Assembly (NCBI GenBank): GCA_041586955.1
Contig: JBFGZE010000001.1
Span: forward strand, 1-64,000
Direction: 5' to 3'
From: Bacteriovoracaceae bacterium
GTDB lineage: Bacteria > Bdellovibrionota > Bacteriovoracia > Bacteriovoracales > Bacteriovoracaceae
Length of the DNA stretch: 64,000 bases
Part shown: piece after piece, positions 10,010-19,990 of the stretch
How the letters are laid out: each line of letters starts with the position of its first letter
Numbering within the stretch: position 1 is the stretch's first letter
Notes under the pieces: model-generated
Told to the model about the DNA's origin: nothing
Database searches by the model: none
The model's input: only the letters and a program-made list of their open reading frames with translations
Program-made: the position numbers and the translations under genes

Positions 10010-11314
10010 TTAAAAAAGGGACTCTGGACTCATTTCTTCTAGGGTCTTCTTTACGAAGGCCAAGAAACGGCCACCAAGCTCACCATCCACTAAACGGTGG
10101 TCATAGGTGTGTGTTCCATACATCATATGGCGGATAGCAATAGCATCATCAGCTGTAACAATTGGACGCTTTTTAATCACGCCAGCAGCGAAGATTCCAA
10201 CTTGTGGTTGAAGAATAACAGGAGTGGCCATTAAGGTGCCAAAGGAGCCAACATTAGTAAAGGTGAAGGTCCCACCAGTTAGTTCATCCATTGTTAATTT
10301 CTTTGCTCGTGCTTTTATCGCCAATTCATTCACCTTGCGAGCAAGGCCTGTAATATTGAGACTATCTGCATTTTGAATATTGGGAACAACGAGACCGTTA
10401 CCAGGAACGGCAACAGCACAACCAAGATTAATATCTTTTTTCACAACAATATTATTACCATCAATAGAAGCATTAACGAGCGGGTACTCTTTTAAGGCCT
10501 GAACAAGAGCATAGAGAATGAAGTGAGTATACGTCAGAGAAAAGCCTTCTTGCTTTTTAAAATCGTGCTTAATGCCTTCTCTAAATTTCACAATATTGGT
10601 CATATCAATTTCATCAATTGAATTCACATGAGGAGATGTCAATTTAGATTCCACCATATTGCGAGCGATGGCCTTTCTCATATTCCCCATAGGGATAATT
10701 TCAACACGATCGCCAGCGGCAGTAACCGATGTCACACCAGCAGCGGGGGCGGGGGATGCAGATGGAGCTGCGGGGGCAGCGGCTGCAGTGACGCTGGCCA
10801 CAGGGGTGCCATTTCGAGTTTGTAAATAATTTTCAAAATCCGCTTTATTCACACGTCCAGCGGCACCACTTCCTTGAATGGAAGCTAACTCTGCGAGAGG
10901 AACACCTGCCTCTTTGGCCATGGCCTTGACAAGCGGGGTATAGAAACGCCTTTCACTGCTTACTTTTGAACTTTCAGGCTTCGCTGACTCAGGAGCGACA
11001 GGAACCTCTGCGGCCGGAGTAGCTGGAGTGGGCGCAGCCGCCGCATCCTTGCCACCGGAAAAAGCGACACTTAAATCATCTTCAATAACAGCGATTAAAA
11101 CTCCAACATCAATAGTATCTCCTTCTGGGTAGAGAACTTCCTCTACTCGTCCGGCCATTGGTGAAGGTATTTCTGATTCAACTTTATCAGTCGAAATCTC
11201 AAGTAAGATTTCATCAATTTCAATTTTATCACCAGGTTCTTTATGCCATTTGGTAATCGTTCCGTTAGTAATCGACTCACCCATTTGTGGCATTACGATC
11301 TCATGTCTGGCCAT
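10010..11314 (-). CDS. 2-oxoacid dehydrogenase E2 (dihydrolipoamide acyltransferase)
   Basis: Lipoyl domain EISTDKVESEIPSP, E3-binding GSGAAGRVNK, catalytic DHRLVDG; substrate (SucB vs BkdB/PdhC) not resolvable. Confidence 0.95.
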   Translation of the reverse strand: MARHEIVMPQMGESITNGTITKWHKEPGDKIEIDEILLEISTDKVESEIPSPMAGRVEEVLYPEGDTIDVGVLIAVIEDDLSVAFSGGKDAAAAPTPATPAAEVPVAPESAKPESSKVSSERRFYTPLVKAMAKEAGVPLAELASIQGSGAAGRVNKADFENYLQTRNGTPVASVTAAAAPAAPSASPAPAAGVTSVTAAGDRVEIIPMGNMRKAIARNMVESKLTSPHVNSIDEIDMTNIVKFREGIKHDFKKQEGFSLTYTHFILYALVQALKEYPLVNASIDGNNIVVKKDINLGCAVAVPGNGLVVPNIQNADSLNITGLARKVNELAIKARAKKLTMDELTGGTFTFTNVGSFGTLMATPVILQPQVGIFAAGVIKKRPIVTADDAIAIRHMMYGTHTYDHRLVDGELGGRFLAFVKKTLEEMSPESLF

Positions 11315-11360
11315 TTCTTCTCCTTATTCAACATTTAATTTCAAGTTCAACTTTAATACC

Positions 11361-12746
11361 TTAAAAATTTAAGGATCTACCTTTCGCGGCCATTACTGAT
11401 TCCGCTAAAAACTCACCCAATGTTGGGTGGGGGTGAACAGTGGCAAAAATCTCTTCATCGATTCCTTCCATTGTTTTAAAAAGTACATATTCATGAATAA
11501 GCTCAGTGGCCTGAGTTCCCACAATATGGGCCCCTAATAACTCACCGTACTTACCAATTAGAGTTTTAACAAAGCCTTCTTTTTCATTACTCGCCACGGC
11601 CTTACCATTGGCAACAAAAGGCAATTTTCCAACAGTATACTCAATCCCTTCGGCCTTAAGTGCTCTTTCAGTATAACCAACAGAAGCGACCTGAGGCTGG
11701 CAATAAGTACAGCCAGGGATATTCATTTTATCTAGTGGATGTGGCGTTAAACCGGCGATATACTCAGCAGCAATGACGCCCTCGTGGGAAGCAGAATGCG
11801 CGAGAAGAGGTGGTCCTGCTAAATCGCCAATAGCGTAGATGCTAGGAATATTCGTTTGGTAATGGCCATCGACTTTCACAAAGCCACGGTCTGTTTGCAC
11901 ACCAACTTCTTCAAGACCGATATTTTCAATATTACCGGTCATGCCAACAGCAATTAAACCCATTTCAAAATTATATTCAACCGTTTTGCCACCTTCAACT
12001 GCCGTAATGGTAATATCATTACCGTTGTTTTTGGCGGTCACCTTTTCCACACCAAGACTCATCTTGATGCCATATTTCTTATAAGCTTTTTCGACTTCTA
12101 TAGAGGAGTCCTCATCTTCAATAGGAAGAAGGTGTTTTTGTAATTCAAAGATATGAACATCAACACCAAAAGCATTCCAAAAATAAGCAAATTCAACACC
12201 AATGGCACCAGCGCCAATAATACCGATAGACTTAGGAAGTTTTTCCATTTTAACGGCTTCCCACGCACCGATTAAGCGTTTTCCATCATGCTCAAGCCCT
12301 GGAAAAGAGCGGTAATGAGCACCTGTTGCTAAAATAATTTGGGTTGCACCAATATTTTCGATGCCCGTTGCTGTTTTCACTTCAACAGTGGTGGCATTTT
12401 TTAATTTCGCCACACCGGAGATAATTTCAATTTTATTTTTCTTCATCAAAAAGGAGACACCCTTAGAGATACGATCAGAAATTCCCTTGGCCCGTTTAAC
12501 GGCCTGGGCACCATCGAGAGATTTTAACTCGACATTAATGCCTAGGTCCTTCATGTCTTTGATTTCGTGTACAGAATGAGCAGACTTGAGAACCGCTTTG
12601 GTCGGAATGCAACCACGGTTAAGGCAAACACCTCCCATTTTATCCATTTCAATGATGGCAACTTTTTTTCCTAATTGGCTTGCTCTAATGGCAGCAATGT
12701 ATCCACCAGGCCCTGCCCCTATAACAACAACATCAAAATTCTTCAT
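11361..12746 (-). CDS. lpdA: Dihydrolipoyl dehydrogenase (E3)
   Basis: GAGPGGY, GGVCLNRGCIPTK redox disulfide, HPHPTLGE. Confidence 0.97.
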   Translation of the reverse strand: MKNFDVVVIGAGPGGYIAAIRASQLGKKVAIIEMDKMGGVCLNRGCIPTKAVLKSAHSVHEIKDMKDLGINVELKSLDGAQAVKRAKGISDRISKGVSFLMKKNKIEIISGVAKLKNATTVEVKTATGIENIGATQIILATGAHYRSFPGLEHDGKRLIGAWEAVKMEKLPKSIGIIGAGAIGVEFAYFWNAFGVDVHIFELQKHLLPIEDEDSSIEVEKAYKKYGIKMSLGVEKVTAKNNGNDITITAVEGGKTVEYNFEMGLIAVGMTGNIENIGLEEVGVQTDRGFVKVDGHYQTNIPSIYAIGDLAGPPLLAHSASHEGVIAAEYIAGLTPHPLDKMNIPGCTYCQPQVASVGYTERALKAEGIEYTVGKLPFVANGKAVASNEKEGFVKTLIGKYGELLGAHIVGTQATELIHEYVLFKTMEGIDEEIFATVHPHPTLGEFLAESVMAAKGRSLNF

Positions 12747-12859
12747 CGATTTGAATCCTTTCGCAAAATAGACTATATATCTCGTTAAGACTGTAAACCC
12801 TTTTAAGTTTGGCCACGCCTATTGTCAATGATAGTTAAGTCAATACATAGTGTAAGTAT

Positions 12860-13753
12860 ATGAATCTTCAAGATATAGATCTAAATTTGATCCAGGAATT
12901 GGAAAAAAGCTTCACACGGGGCGTCATTTTCCTGGATCTTGAGACCACCGGACTCTCTCCTCTTGTCGATCGTATGATTGAAATATCAGGGGTCAAGTAT
13001 AAAGATGGCGAATGGACGACCTTTGATCAGTTGGTCAATCCTGAAATCCCTATCCCCGAACATACCACTGATATTCACGGCATCACCGATGAAGATGTTG
13101 CTGGAGCCGCTCCCATAAGGGTAGTCCTTCCCGAATTTTTAGAGTTTATGGAAGACTGCGCCATCGTCGCCCACAACGCCAAATTTGACTCAGGATTTCT
13201 CCTCTTTTGGCTCCACCAATTGGGATTACCCTTTCCCAATTCTCGCATTTATTGCAGCTGGCGATTCTCAAAAATGGCCTTCCCAGAGCTTCAAAGTTAT
13301 AAATTAGGCAATATCTGCGAAAGCTTAGACCTGGTACTAGAAAACCATCACCGCGCTCTAGATGATGCCTACGCCTGCCTACAAATCTTTCTCAAAGGGT
13401 TGCAATCTCTTTATAAAAAAGAGGCGATAAGAGATGGTTATCTCTACCATATGAAGGAATTCGAAAAGTATGACCATTTTGAAATTCCTGAACACTTAAA
13501 AGGGTTAGTTTCCAAAGTTTGCTACCAGCAAATAGTCGACATTAAGTACACAGGCGGCAACCATAAAAATAAATACCGCCCCATTCGCCCAGTCAGTTTT
13601 TTACCCATGCCGGAGGGTCTAGTGCTCTATGGCCTTTGCCTTCTAAGTAATATGCAGAAGAGTTTTTTCATCAGAAAAATTCAAGCATTTAAAGAGCTTA
13701 ATGGTGAGGAAATTAAAAAACGGCTGGAGCTAATAGAAAACTTTGAAAATTAA
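12860..13753 (+). CDS. DEDDh 3'-5' exonuclease (DnaQ-like) with probable C-terminal WYL domain
   Basis: DLETTG, HNAKFD, HHRALDDA; C-terminal IKY...RPIRPV...LYGLCLL...KSFFIRKI. Confidence 0.85.
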   Translation: MNLQDIDLNLIQELEKSFTRGVIFLDLETTGLSPLVDRMIEISGVKYKDGEWTTFDQLVNPEIPIPEHTTDIHGITDEDVAGAAPIRVVLPEFLEFMEDCAIVAHNAKFDSGFLLFWLHQLGLPFPNSRIYCSWRFSKMAFPELQSYKLGNICESLDLVLENHHRALDDAYACLQIFLKGLQSLYKKEAIRDGYLYHMKEFEKYDHFEIPEHLKGLVSKVCYQQIVDIKYTGGNHKNKYRPIRPVSFLPMPEGLVLYGLCLLSNMQKSFFIRKIQAFKELNGEEIKKRLELIENFEN

Positions 13754-13770
13754 TCATTTATGCGTTACAA

Positions 13771-14013
13771 GTGGCCATGGGTAAATTTATCACCAGAGAC
13801 AATCTTTTTTATCGCTTCCAACAATTAATTATTTTATTGCTTCACCTCTTTCTTTTGAAGTGGATGTTTTATACCTTAAGTGAAGCAGGAACCATGTCTC
13901 TCGGCAAAGTTTTTGCTCATTTCACAGGGATGGCCCTCTTTGGAGCTTTTCTCATTCGTGGTTGCGCTTATTGGGGTCGCCATCATTTTCTTAAAGAACA
14001 AAAACGCAAATAA
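13771..14013 (+). CDS. Small membrane protein (two predicted TM helices)
   Basis: Two hydrophobic segments; abuts next gene; likely start ATG 13777. Confidence 0.65.
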   Translation: MAMGKFITRDNLFYRFQQLIILLLHLFLLKWMFYTLSEAGTMSLGKVFAHFTGMALFGAFLIRGCAYWGRHHFLKEQKRK

Positions 14014-15066
14014 ATGAAATTGTCATGGCAAAATGAACTGCAAACGGCCTTTACCAAACCCTCGCAATTAGAGGACTTTTTTCAGCAATCATTCACCACT
14101 TACGACTACCCCATTTTTATTCCACAAGATCTCGCTGCGAAAATTAAAAAGCAAGGCTTAACCGGCCCCTTGGCCAAACAATTTCTACCACAAGAGGAAG
14201 AGGCGCAAACCGGCCAAGGTCTCAAAGACCCTATTGGAGATCATCAACACTCTCCAACCTCTCGCTTAGTCCATCGCTATCATAACCGGGCCTTATTATT
14301 CCCTACAGACCATTGCCCAGTTCAATGCCGCTATTGTTTCCGTAAAAATGAATTGCATCAAAATGATCCCTTATTTCAAGGAATTAAAAGGCCTATAGGC
14401 GATTACCTTATGGCCCATCCTGAAATCGATGAAATCATTTTTAGCGGAGGTGATCCGCTTATTCTTAGTAATCAAAAATTGAGAGAATGGCTGAAGTTTT
14501 TAGACCCATTTAAAAATATCACAATGATACGGTTTCATACTCGTATGCCGGTGATTATTCCCGGCCGTATTGACCAAGGCCTTCTCGATCTCTTGCATGA
14601 AATGAGTGACCGCTTTATTTTCTCCATGGCAATTCATTTTAACCACGCCAGTATTATTGACCATAATATCACCCAGGCGATCACTCGCTTAAAAAAAGTC
14701 CCCATAACCTTGCTCTCTCAGAGTGTGCTGCTTAGAGGGGTCAATGACAACTTCTTAGCACTTAAAAATCTTTTCCAGAGTATTCACCAATTGGGGCTTC
14801 GGCCTTATTATTTGCACCATCCCGATCGAGTGAAAGGTGCCATGCATTTTTACCTCCCGCTTAAGAAGGGCCGCCAACTTTACCACCAATTGCACTTAAA
14901 AATGCCAGGCTGGATGATTCCTCAATATATTTGGGACGTTCCGGGGGGGCTAGGAAAAGTCCCCGCTCATAATCTCGAAGGTTTTGACTTCAAGGGTCAG
15001 GCCTTAGATCGTTTTGGCAATATTCATAGCATATCTGAGGTTGACAGTTCACAATTCCTTAATTAG
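14014..15066 (+). CDS. KamA family radical SAM protein (lysine 2,3-aminomutase/EpmB-like)
   Basis: HRYHNRAL, CPVQCRYCFRK, SGGDPL, QSVLLRGVND, PYYLHHPD, DVPGGLGK. Confidence 0.92.
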   Translation: MKLSWQNELQTAFTKPSQLEDFFQQSFTTYDYPIFIPQDLAAKIKKQGLTGPLAKQFLPQEEEAQTGQGLKDPIGDHQHSPTSRLVHRYHNRALLFPTDHCPVQCRYCFRKNELHQNDPLFQGIKRPIGDYLMAHPEIDEIIFSGGDPLILSNQKLREWLKFLDPFKNITMIRFHTRMPVIIPGRIDQGLLDLLHEMSDRFIFSMAIHFNHASIIDHNITQAITRLKKVPITLLSQSVLLRGVNDNFLALKNLFQSIHQLGLRPYYLHHPDRVKGAMHFYLPLKKGRQLYHQLHLKMPGWMIPQYIWDVPGGLGKVPAHNLEGFDFKGQALDRFGNIHSISEVDSSQFLN

Positions 15067-15069
15067 GAT
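15041..15069 (+). promoter_or_regulatory. Sigma70 promoter for tRNA-Gly, overlapping the 3' end of the KamA-like gene
   Basis: TTGACA-N17-TAGGAT, 15 nt upstream of the tRNA. Confidence 0.7.
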
Positions 15070-15084
15070 TGGTTTCACTTTCGA

Positions 15085-15159
15085 GCGGCGGTAGCACAGT
15101 GGTAGTGCGTCTGCTTGCCATGCAGAAGGTCCCGAGTTCGACCCTCGGTCGCCGCTCCA
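15085..15159 (+). tRNA. tRNA-Gly (GCC)
   Basis: Acceptor GCGGCGG/TCGCCGC, anticodon arm TCTGC-TTGCCAT-GCAGA, GTTCGA T-loop, encoded CCA. Confidence 0.96.
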
Positions 15160-15168
15160 TTAGTTTTT

Positions 15169-15201
15169 AAAAAAGCCTTTCCTTTGTGAAGGCTTTTTTT
15201 T
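15169..15201. terminator. Bidirectional terminator after tRNA-Gly
   Basis: AAAAAAGCCTT...AAGGCTTTTTTTT. Confidence 0.8.
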
Positions 15202-15268
15202 GGCAAAAATTGGTCACCAATAAGCGTCCCTGCTTATCCACAAATAATAAAGTAATTAAATCTAAGAG

Positions 15269-15667
15269 CTATGGAGCTTTAGGAGCACGAGGCAAAAGCT
15301 CATCTCTATAAATGCCAAAATCGTCAAAAGAAGTTTTGAGGAGTGGGTCTAACTGTTGGCATCTGCTAAACTTTAAAATGGTATTATATTTGAATTCTTT
15401 GAGTTCACATTTAAGGTTTTGAGTGTCATCAAGCTTAAAAAAAATCATATGAGAATAATGAGTTGAGCGGGGGTCAATCAATTGCTTATTTGCTTGGCGA
15501 ATGAAATTGATTGTCACTTTTCCCGAATTGAAAGCAGGTGACATTTCGCGCTCTAGGGAAGAATAAGGAATTTTACCCGCAAATGTAAATTGGAATGATT
15601 TCTCTTCTGCATCTGCAAGAGAGATCGCCGCTGTGAAAAAGGCCAATCCCATAATTAGAATCTTCAT
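15269..15667 (-). CDS. Hypothetical secreted protein
   Basis: Signal peptide ending SLA; GGAG RBS. Confidence 0.65.
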   Translation of the reverse strand: MKILIMGLAFFTAAISLADAEEKSFQFTFAGKIPYSSLEREMSPAFNSGKVTINFIRQANKQLIDPRSTHYSHMIFFKLDDTQNLKCELKEFKYNTILKFSRCQQLDPLLKTSFDDFGIYRDELLPRAPKAP

Positions 15668-15912
15668 TATTACTCCAAGCCTAGTGAGGCCCGTTGGCCA
15701 CCAAATATATATAATAATGACGATTTAATGCAAGAACAGTTTAAGTTATTGTAAATTTTATGAGATTACTCCAGAATAAGAAGTTTTCCCAACCTTTTAA
15801 TTTTACGCCTCCAAGGAGAGATTTCTAAATATTTTACTGGGTTTTACAATTCAGCTTTCGCGTTGCAGCAGTTCCATTTATAAAGCCCTAGTATTAACAA
15901 GGATTATTCATC

Positions 15913-16203
15913 ATGAAATTTGCCTCACTTATTTTTCTCTGCCTCCTCCTTAATCAGGTCGAGGCCTTCGACGAAGTTAACTTCCAAGCACCCATTAATA
16001 TTGATGGCCAATACGATGAGCACCAACCAAGAGAAAGTCGCTCGGAGAAACTCAAGAAACGGCGGAAGAAATTAGAACAAGAAAATGAGGCCATGATGCA
16101 AAAAAAGATTGAGATGCTCCGCCTTAAGCAAGAAGCTGAAATGACTCGTAAACTGCAGCATATGTTTAACCAGCAAATGAAACAACTTGAATCCATACAA
16201 TAG
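15913..16203 (+). CDS. Hypothetical secreted coiled-coil protein
   Basis: Signal peptide ending VEA; K/E/Q/M-rich helical C-terminal half. Confidence 0.7.
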   Translation: MKFASLIFLCLLLNQVEAFDEVNFQAPINIDGQYDEHQPRESRSEKLKKRRKKLEQENEAMMQKKIEMLRLKQEAEMTRKLQHMFNQQMKQLESIQ

Positions 16204-16212
16204 GAGCTCACA

Positions 16213-17013
16213 ATGAAATCTATGAAACTCTTTTCTATATTCGCCGTTACCTGTATTTGTGTTTCACCTCTTGCTCGTGAAAAAAAGTTTGATCCTCAAA
16301 ATTTTGTTAATTTTGGCCTTAAGGGAACAAAAACAATAGCTCTTACTTTTGACGACGGACCGACTCGGCGTCACAATGTCACTTCAGACCTCTTAAAAGT
16401 ATTGGCAAAATATAATGTCAAAGCGACATTTTTTGTCGTTGGACAAAAAGTAGCAAGGGCCAAAAATATTATGGAGCAAATGGTGGATGATGGCCATCTA
16501 CCAGCTAACCATTCTTATACCCATATCAATTTTAAAAAAACATATAGTAAATATAGCTCAAAAAGCAAAGAGCAGGTTCGTAAAGAAATTTTCAATACCC
16601 ATACCTTATTAGAGCCCTTTTTAAATGCAGATGATATTCTTCTCTTCCGCGCTCCTTATGGCGCCTGGGGTTCACAAGTTTCGGTTAATCTTAATAAATA
16701 CAAAAAAGTGAATCGTTATGTCGGCCCTATTATGTGGGATATCGGTGGAACCATGGAGAAAAAGGGTGGAGAGCTAACTCGCGCTGCTGATTGGGCCTGC
16801 TGGAGTAAGGGTTATAGTGTTTCTGAATGTGCTCGTGGCTATATGAATGACATTGAAAGTAAGGAAGGTGGTGTCGTTCTGATGCATGATATGAAACCAC
16901 AAACTGTTAAAATGGTGGAAATAATTCTCCCCAAGCTTATCAAGCAAGGGTATAAGTTCATTACTCTTAATGAGATCGATGTCCTACAAAAGAAATTTTA
17001 TCATCAAAATTAA
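16213..17013 (+). CDS. Secreted polysaccharide/peptidoglycan deacetylase (CE4, NodB homology)
   Basis: LTFDDGP, NHSYTH, FRAPYG, LMHD motifs; signal peptide. Confidence 0.93.
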   Translation: MKSMKLFSIFAVTCICVSPLAREKKFDPQNFVNFGLKGTKTIALTFDDGPTRRHNVTSDLLKVLAKYNVKATFFVVGQKVARAKNIMEQMVDDGHLPANHSYTHINFKKTYSKYSSKSKEQVRKEIFNTHTLLEPFLNADDILLFRAPYGAWGSQVSVNLNKYKKVNRYVGPIMWDIGGTMEKKGGELTRAADWACWSKGYSVSECARGYMNDIESKEGGVVLMHDMKPQTVKMVEIILPKLIKQGYKFITLNEIDVLQKKFYHQN

Positions 17014-17040
17014 GTTTTAAAAGATAGAAAGAAAGATTAA

Positions 17041-17071
17041 ATAAGGCCTGGAAATCCAGGCCTTATTTTTT
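17041..17071. terminator. Bidirectional terminator
   Basis: ATAAGGCCTGGA/TCCAGGCCTTAT perfect inverted repeat followed by a T-run. Confidence 0.8.
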
Positions 17072-18706
17072 AAGTTCAATATCAAACCAATTAACTGGTC
17101 GACCAAACCTTGGAATGATCGGTCCCGCTGAGAATTTCCTTTTCTCATTTAAATCCTGTCTAAGACTTTTTTCATAATACAGCGATAGTTCGGTATGATT
17201 AAAATTCATCCACTCTAAAATAGTCGCAAAAAGATTAAAATGAGTGGCCTTATCTTTATTGCGAAGGGCATACTCCTGAACTTCGGCCAAAAGATCAGAT
17301 TTATCAGTCATTAAAAATAAAGGCACGTTGCCTTCCACGGGATGAGGATTAACGGTATTACAATGGGTCATAATCGTTTCATGATCCATTAAGTTTTGCC
17401 CATGATCAGCTGTATAGAGGATGATGCCTTCACCAAAAGATTGATCTGCTGTTAAAATTTTAAAAAATTCATTTACATTCCAATGGATAGAATTCTTATA
17501 GGAGTTAATAAGATGATTTTTATCAGCTGTCCCAAGTACTTCCTGGTCCTCCATTGAGGGCACAAAGACCTGCTGATCCCTCTTAAAACTCGCATTATAA
17601 GGGAAATGAGAACCTCTTTTATTCACATAAATAAATACCTTCTCATCGCTTGCAATAACCTGTTTAATTCTGTGAGCAATGAGGTGATCAACCTCATACT
17701 CCTTGGCGTTATTGAATTGCACAAATTGATCAATCAAAGATTGTTCATACGGCCCCATAAAGTTTTGTAATTGCCCTTTCTTCATTTGGCCATCAAGGTA
17801 AACTGTGCGATAACCGGCCATTTTAGCATATTGCCAAATAAGAGGCCGCTGCCCAATTTCTGCCATTGTCTTATGTTGAGCACCCATACGCAAAATAGCA
17901 TTACTATAAGCACTACAATTATTGCCTGCTGAGATGGTACCAAAGTTAGCAATTCGTGGGGCCAATTCTTTTAAAAAAGGAGTTGTTCCCCTCTCCTGAT
18001 TAAGATCAAGATAATCGGCGCGCACACTTTCATCGACAATATAAATGATATAACGCAAATCATGATGGGAGTTATTTTTATTTAAAGACAATAAGGGCGC
18101 CTGCCGTTCTTCTACCATTGAAGGGCCGACCAAATTATGGCCCAAGAAAACCGCCATCGTTGCCATGGAGCTAAATTGTTGAGGCATACCATAAGTCCCA
18201 TGGCCGAACTTTAAATAGACAATCATCGCCAATATAAAGTAGGGAATAAGAATCATCCCTTTTAAAATAGATTTAATATAATTAAATTTCCCTAAAAAGT
18301 TAAATTGATTGCGGCCCGGTAATAAAACACCGATGATCCCAAGAAGAGAAATAAAAGCTGGTTGGATCATTTCTGGTCCGTAGAACTTGAGAGCATTAAG
18401 AGACTCGCTACGAGAAATCCATAAAAGCTCCATATCATCATAACTAAGATAATGCTCGCTAATATTAAAAAAGGTCATACCGCCCACTGTCGATACAAAT
18501 AAGCAAAGAGATCCTAAAAAGCGATACCGCTTGGAGGCGAGAAAACTCAGGCTCCAAAGGCCAATTAAACAAACGATCCAAACAAAAAGATAGATAAAAA
18601 GGGAGGTATAATTATTTTTTGTCCACATATCCTCAATACGTAGGGGAACAACCTCATTGGAGAGGATCACAAAAATGGCGACCAAAAAAACTTTTAAGAT
18701 TGTCAC
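17063..18706 (-). CDS. Membrane-anchored sulfatase-fold transferase (EptA/phosphoethanolamine transferase-like)
   Basis: N-terminal TM helices; IVDESVRAD, GSHFPY, YTADHG metal-binding motifs. Confidence 0.8.
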   Translation of the reverse strand: MTILKVFLVAIFVILSNEVVPLRIEDMWTKNNYTSLFIYLFVWIVCLIGLWSLSFLASKRYRFLGSLCLFVSTVGGMTFFNISEHYLSYDDMELLWISRSESLNALKFYGPEMIQPAFISLLGIIGVLLPGRNQFNFLGKFNYIKSILKGMILIPYFILAMIVYLKFGHGTYGMPQQFSSMATMAVFLGHNLVGPSMVEERQAPLLSLNKNNSHHDLRYIIYIVDESVRADYLDLNQERGTTPFLKELAPRIANFGTISAGNNCSAYSNAILRMGAQHKTMAEIGQRPLIWQYAKMAGYRTVYLDGQMKKGQLQNFMGPYEQSLIDQFVQFNNAKEYEVDHLIAHRIKQVIASDEKVFIYVNKRGSHFPYNASFKRDQQVFVPSMEDQEVLGTADKNHLINSYKNSIHWNVNEFFKILTADQSFGEGIILYTADHGQNLMDHETIMTHCNTVNPHPVEGNVPLFLMTDKSDLLAEVQEYALRNKDKATHFNLFATILEWMNFNHTELSLYYEKSLRQDLNEKRKFSAGPIIPRFGRPVNWFDIELKK

Positions 18707-18875
18707 TTTTTTGCCCTAGCGAATACGTTATGAGAAACATCCTTTATATACTATATAATGTCATCGACTCCAGCCTTTTCCTTCTTAATTTTAGTGAAAT
18801 TTTGTAAAAATTTATCACTGTCAAAAGAATAGTCACTGTTCTCCACATAAATCCAATAAGTTCCCCTTATTTTAT

Positions 18876-18891
18876 TGGCCTGAGATTTGAA
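18876..18891 (+). promoter_or_regulatory. Imperfect sigma54-type promoter
   Basis: TGGCCTGAGATTTGAA: correct spacing but GA rather than GC at -12; 32 nt before ATG. Confidence 0.35.
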
Positions 18892-18923
18892 GGTTATATC
18901 CATAACAAACAGGAGAGATTGAT

Positions 18924-19829
18924 ATGAAGAAGCTACAATGGTGGCCAGTTTTATCTTTGGTAGTATTAGCGAGTGCCGTGAATATTGCCAAAGTGCCGAC
19001 ATGGGATCACAACGATAATTTTCGTAGTCCCGCTACGGAGCTCCAAGATAAACCGAGTGAGTCGCATGATTTAAATGATCAAATTGAATCTAATGATAAT
19101 TCCTCTCGTAAAGAAAAAGGAACCATCAGCAAAGAGAAAATCGAAACGTCGATTTCTCAAGAAGAAATAAGGGCAGAAAAGGAAGAGTTCAAAAAAGATT
19201 GTGATAATTCTGAAGACAAGATGGCCAAATTGGAAAAGGAAATTAAAGAATTATTAGCAGACAAAGCTGAAATCGCGGATGAATTACTTGGTTTTAAAAA
19301 GAAAATGAAAAAGGCCAAAAAATATCTCGCCGATATTGTCGATTATTTAGATAGGGATACCAATAACTCACGCTCTTTCCCCTACACGACTCATTCCAGT
19401 TATTATCCACAAAAGATGGACTCTTTCGCTCAAATGGACATGTTTAGAAGCCCTCTTCTCAATCCTACTCAAAGAGATTTCGAAGAGTATATGTCATACG
19501 CTCATTTCCAACGCATGGGCCGTTTTATTGATCGCCGCAATAGTTTTCGCCCCGAATTTGATCGCTATGGAACTATTGTGAATAATTATTATGGGGTTCA
19601 ATCCGGTTCATCCATTTACTCCGGTGCCGGTGATCTTTATGGCCTTTTTAACGATGCCTCCCAAATACAACCGCAGGATCATCAATATACAATGGGCCGC
19701 AACCGAGGCTTTAATTTTACCCAAAGCACCGGTGCTGAGATTAATGGAAATCTCTACCCGGAGCAATTACCAAGTATCGATGTCCCTCGCTCTCCCGCGG
19801 GCAATAACCGCCCTTTCCAAATTATTTAA
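18924..19829 (+). CDS. Hypothetical secreted protein (coiled coil plus low-complexity tail)
   Basis: Signal peptide, AGGAGAG RBS, K/E-rich coiled coil. Confidence 0.75.
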   Translation: MKKLQWWPVLSLVVLASAVNIAKVPTWDHNDNFRSPATELQDKPSESHDLNDQIESNDNSSRKEKGTISKEKIETSISQEEIRAEKEEFKKDCDNSEDKMAKLEKEIKELLADKAEIADELLGFKKKMKKAKKYLADIVDYLDRDTNNSRSFPYTTHSSYYPQKMDSFAQMDMFRSPLLNPTQRDFEEYMSYAHFQRMGRFIDRRNSFRPEFDRYGTIVNNYYGVQSGSSIYSGAGDLYGLFNDASQIQPQDHQYTMGRNRGFNFTQSTGAEINGNLYPEQLPSIDVPRSPAGNNRPFQII

Positions 19830-19836
19830 ACTGACC

Positions 19837-19863
19837 ATTAGGGGAGTATTTCACTCCCCTAAT
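19837..19863 (+). terminator. Hairpin/putative terminator
   Basis: ATTAGGGGAGT/ACTCCCCTAAT inverted repeat right after stop; weak U-tail. Confidence 0.55.
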
Positions 19864-19990
19864 TCTAAATTAACGGCAATTTTTTCCTAAATTTCTTTCG
19901 CCAAAGCTCGATAGGTTTATTACGGGGCAGAAGGGAATATCTGTCTCTTAATTATCGCAACTTAGAGGCGAATGACTCAAGGGAAAAAAT

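Noticed and set aside
12860..13753. Calling this gene dnaQ (Pol III epsilon)
   Set aside because: C-terminus looks WYL-like rather than an alpha-binding tail, so no symbol assigned
15085..15700. Genomic island integrated at tRNA-Gly (also considered for tRNA-Arg at 27724)
   Set aside because: No integrase and no duplicated tRNA 3' end noticed in the window
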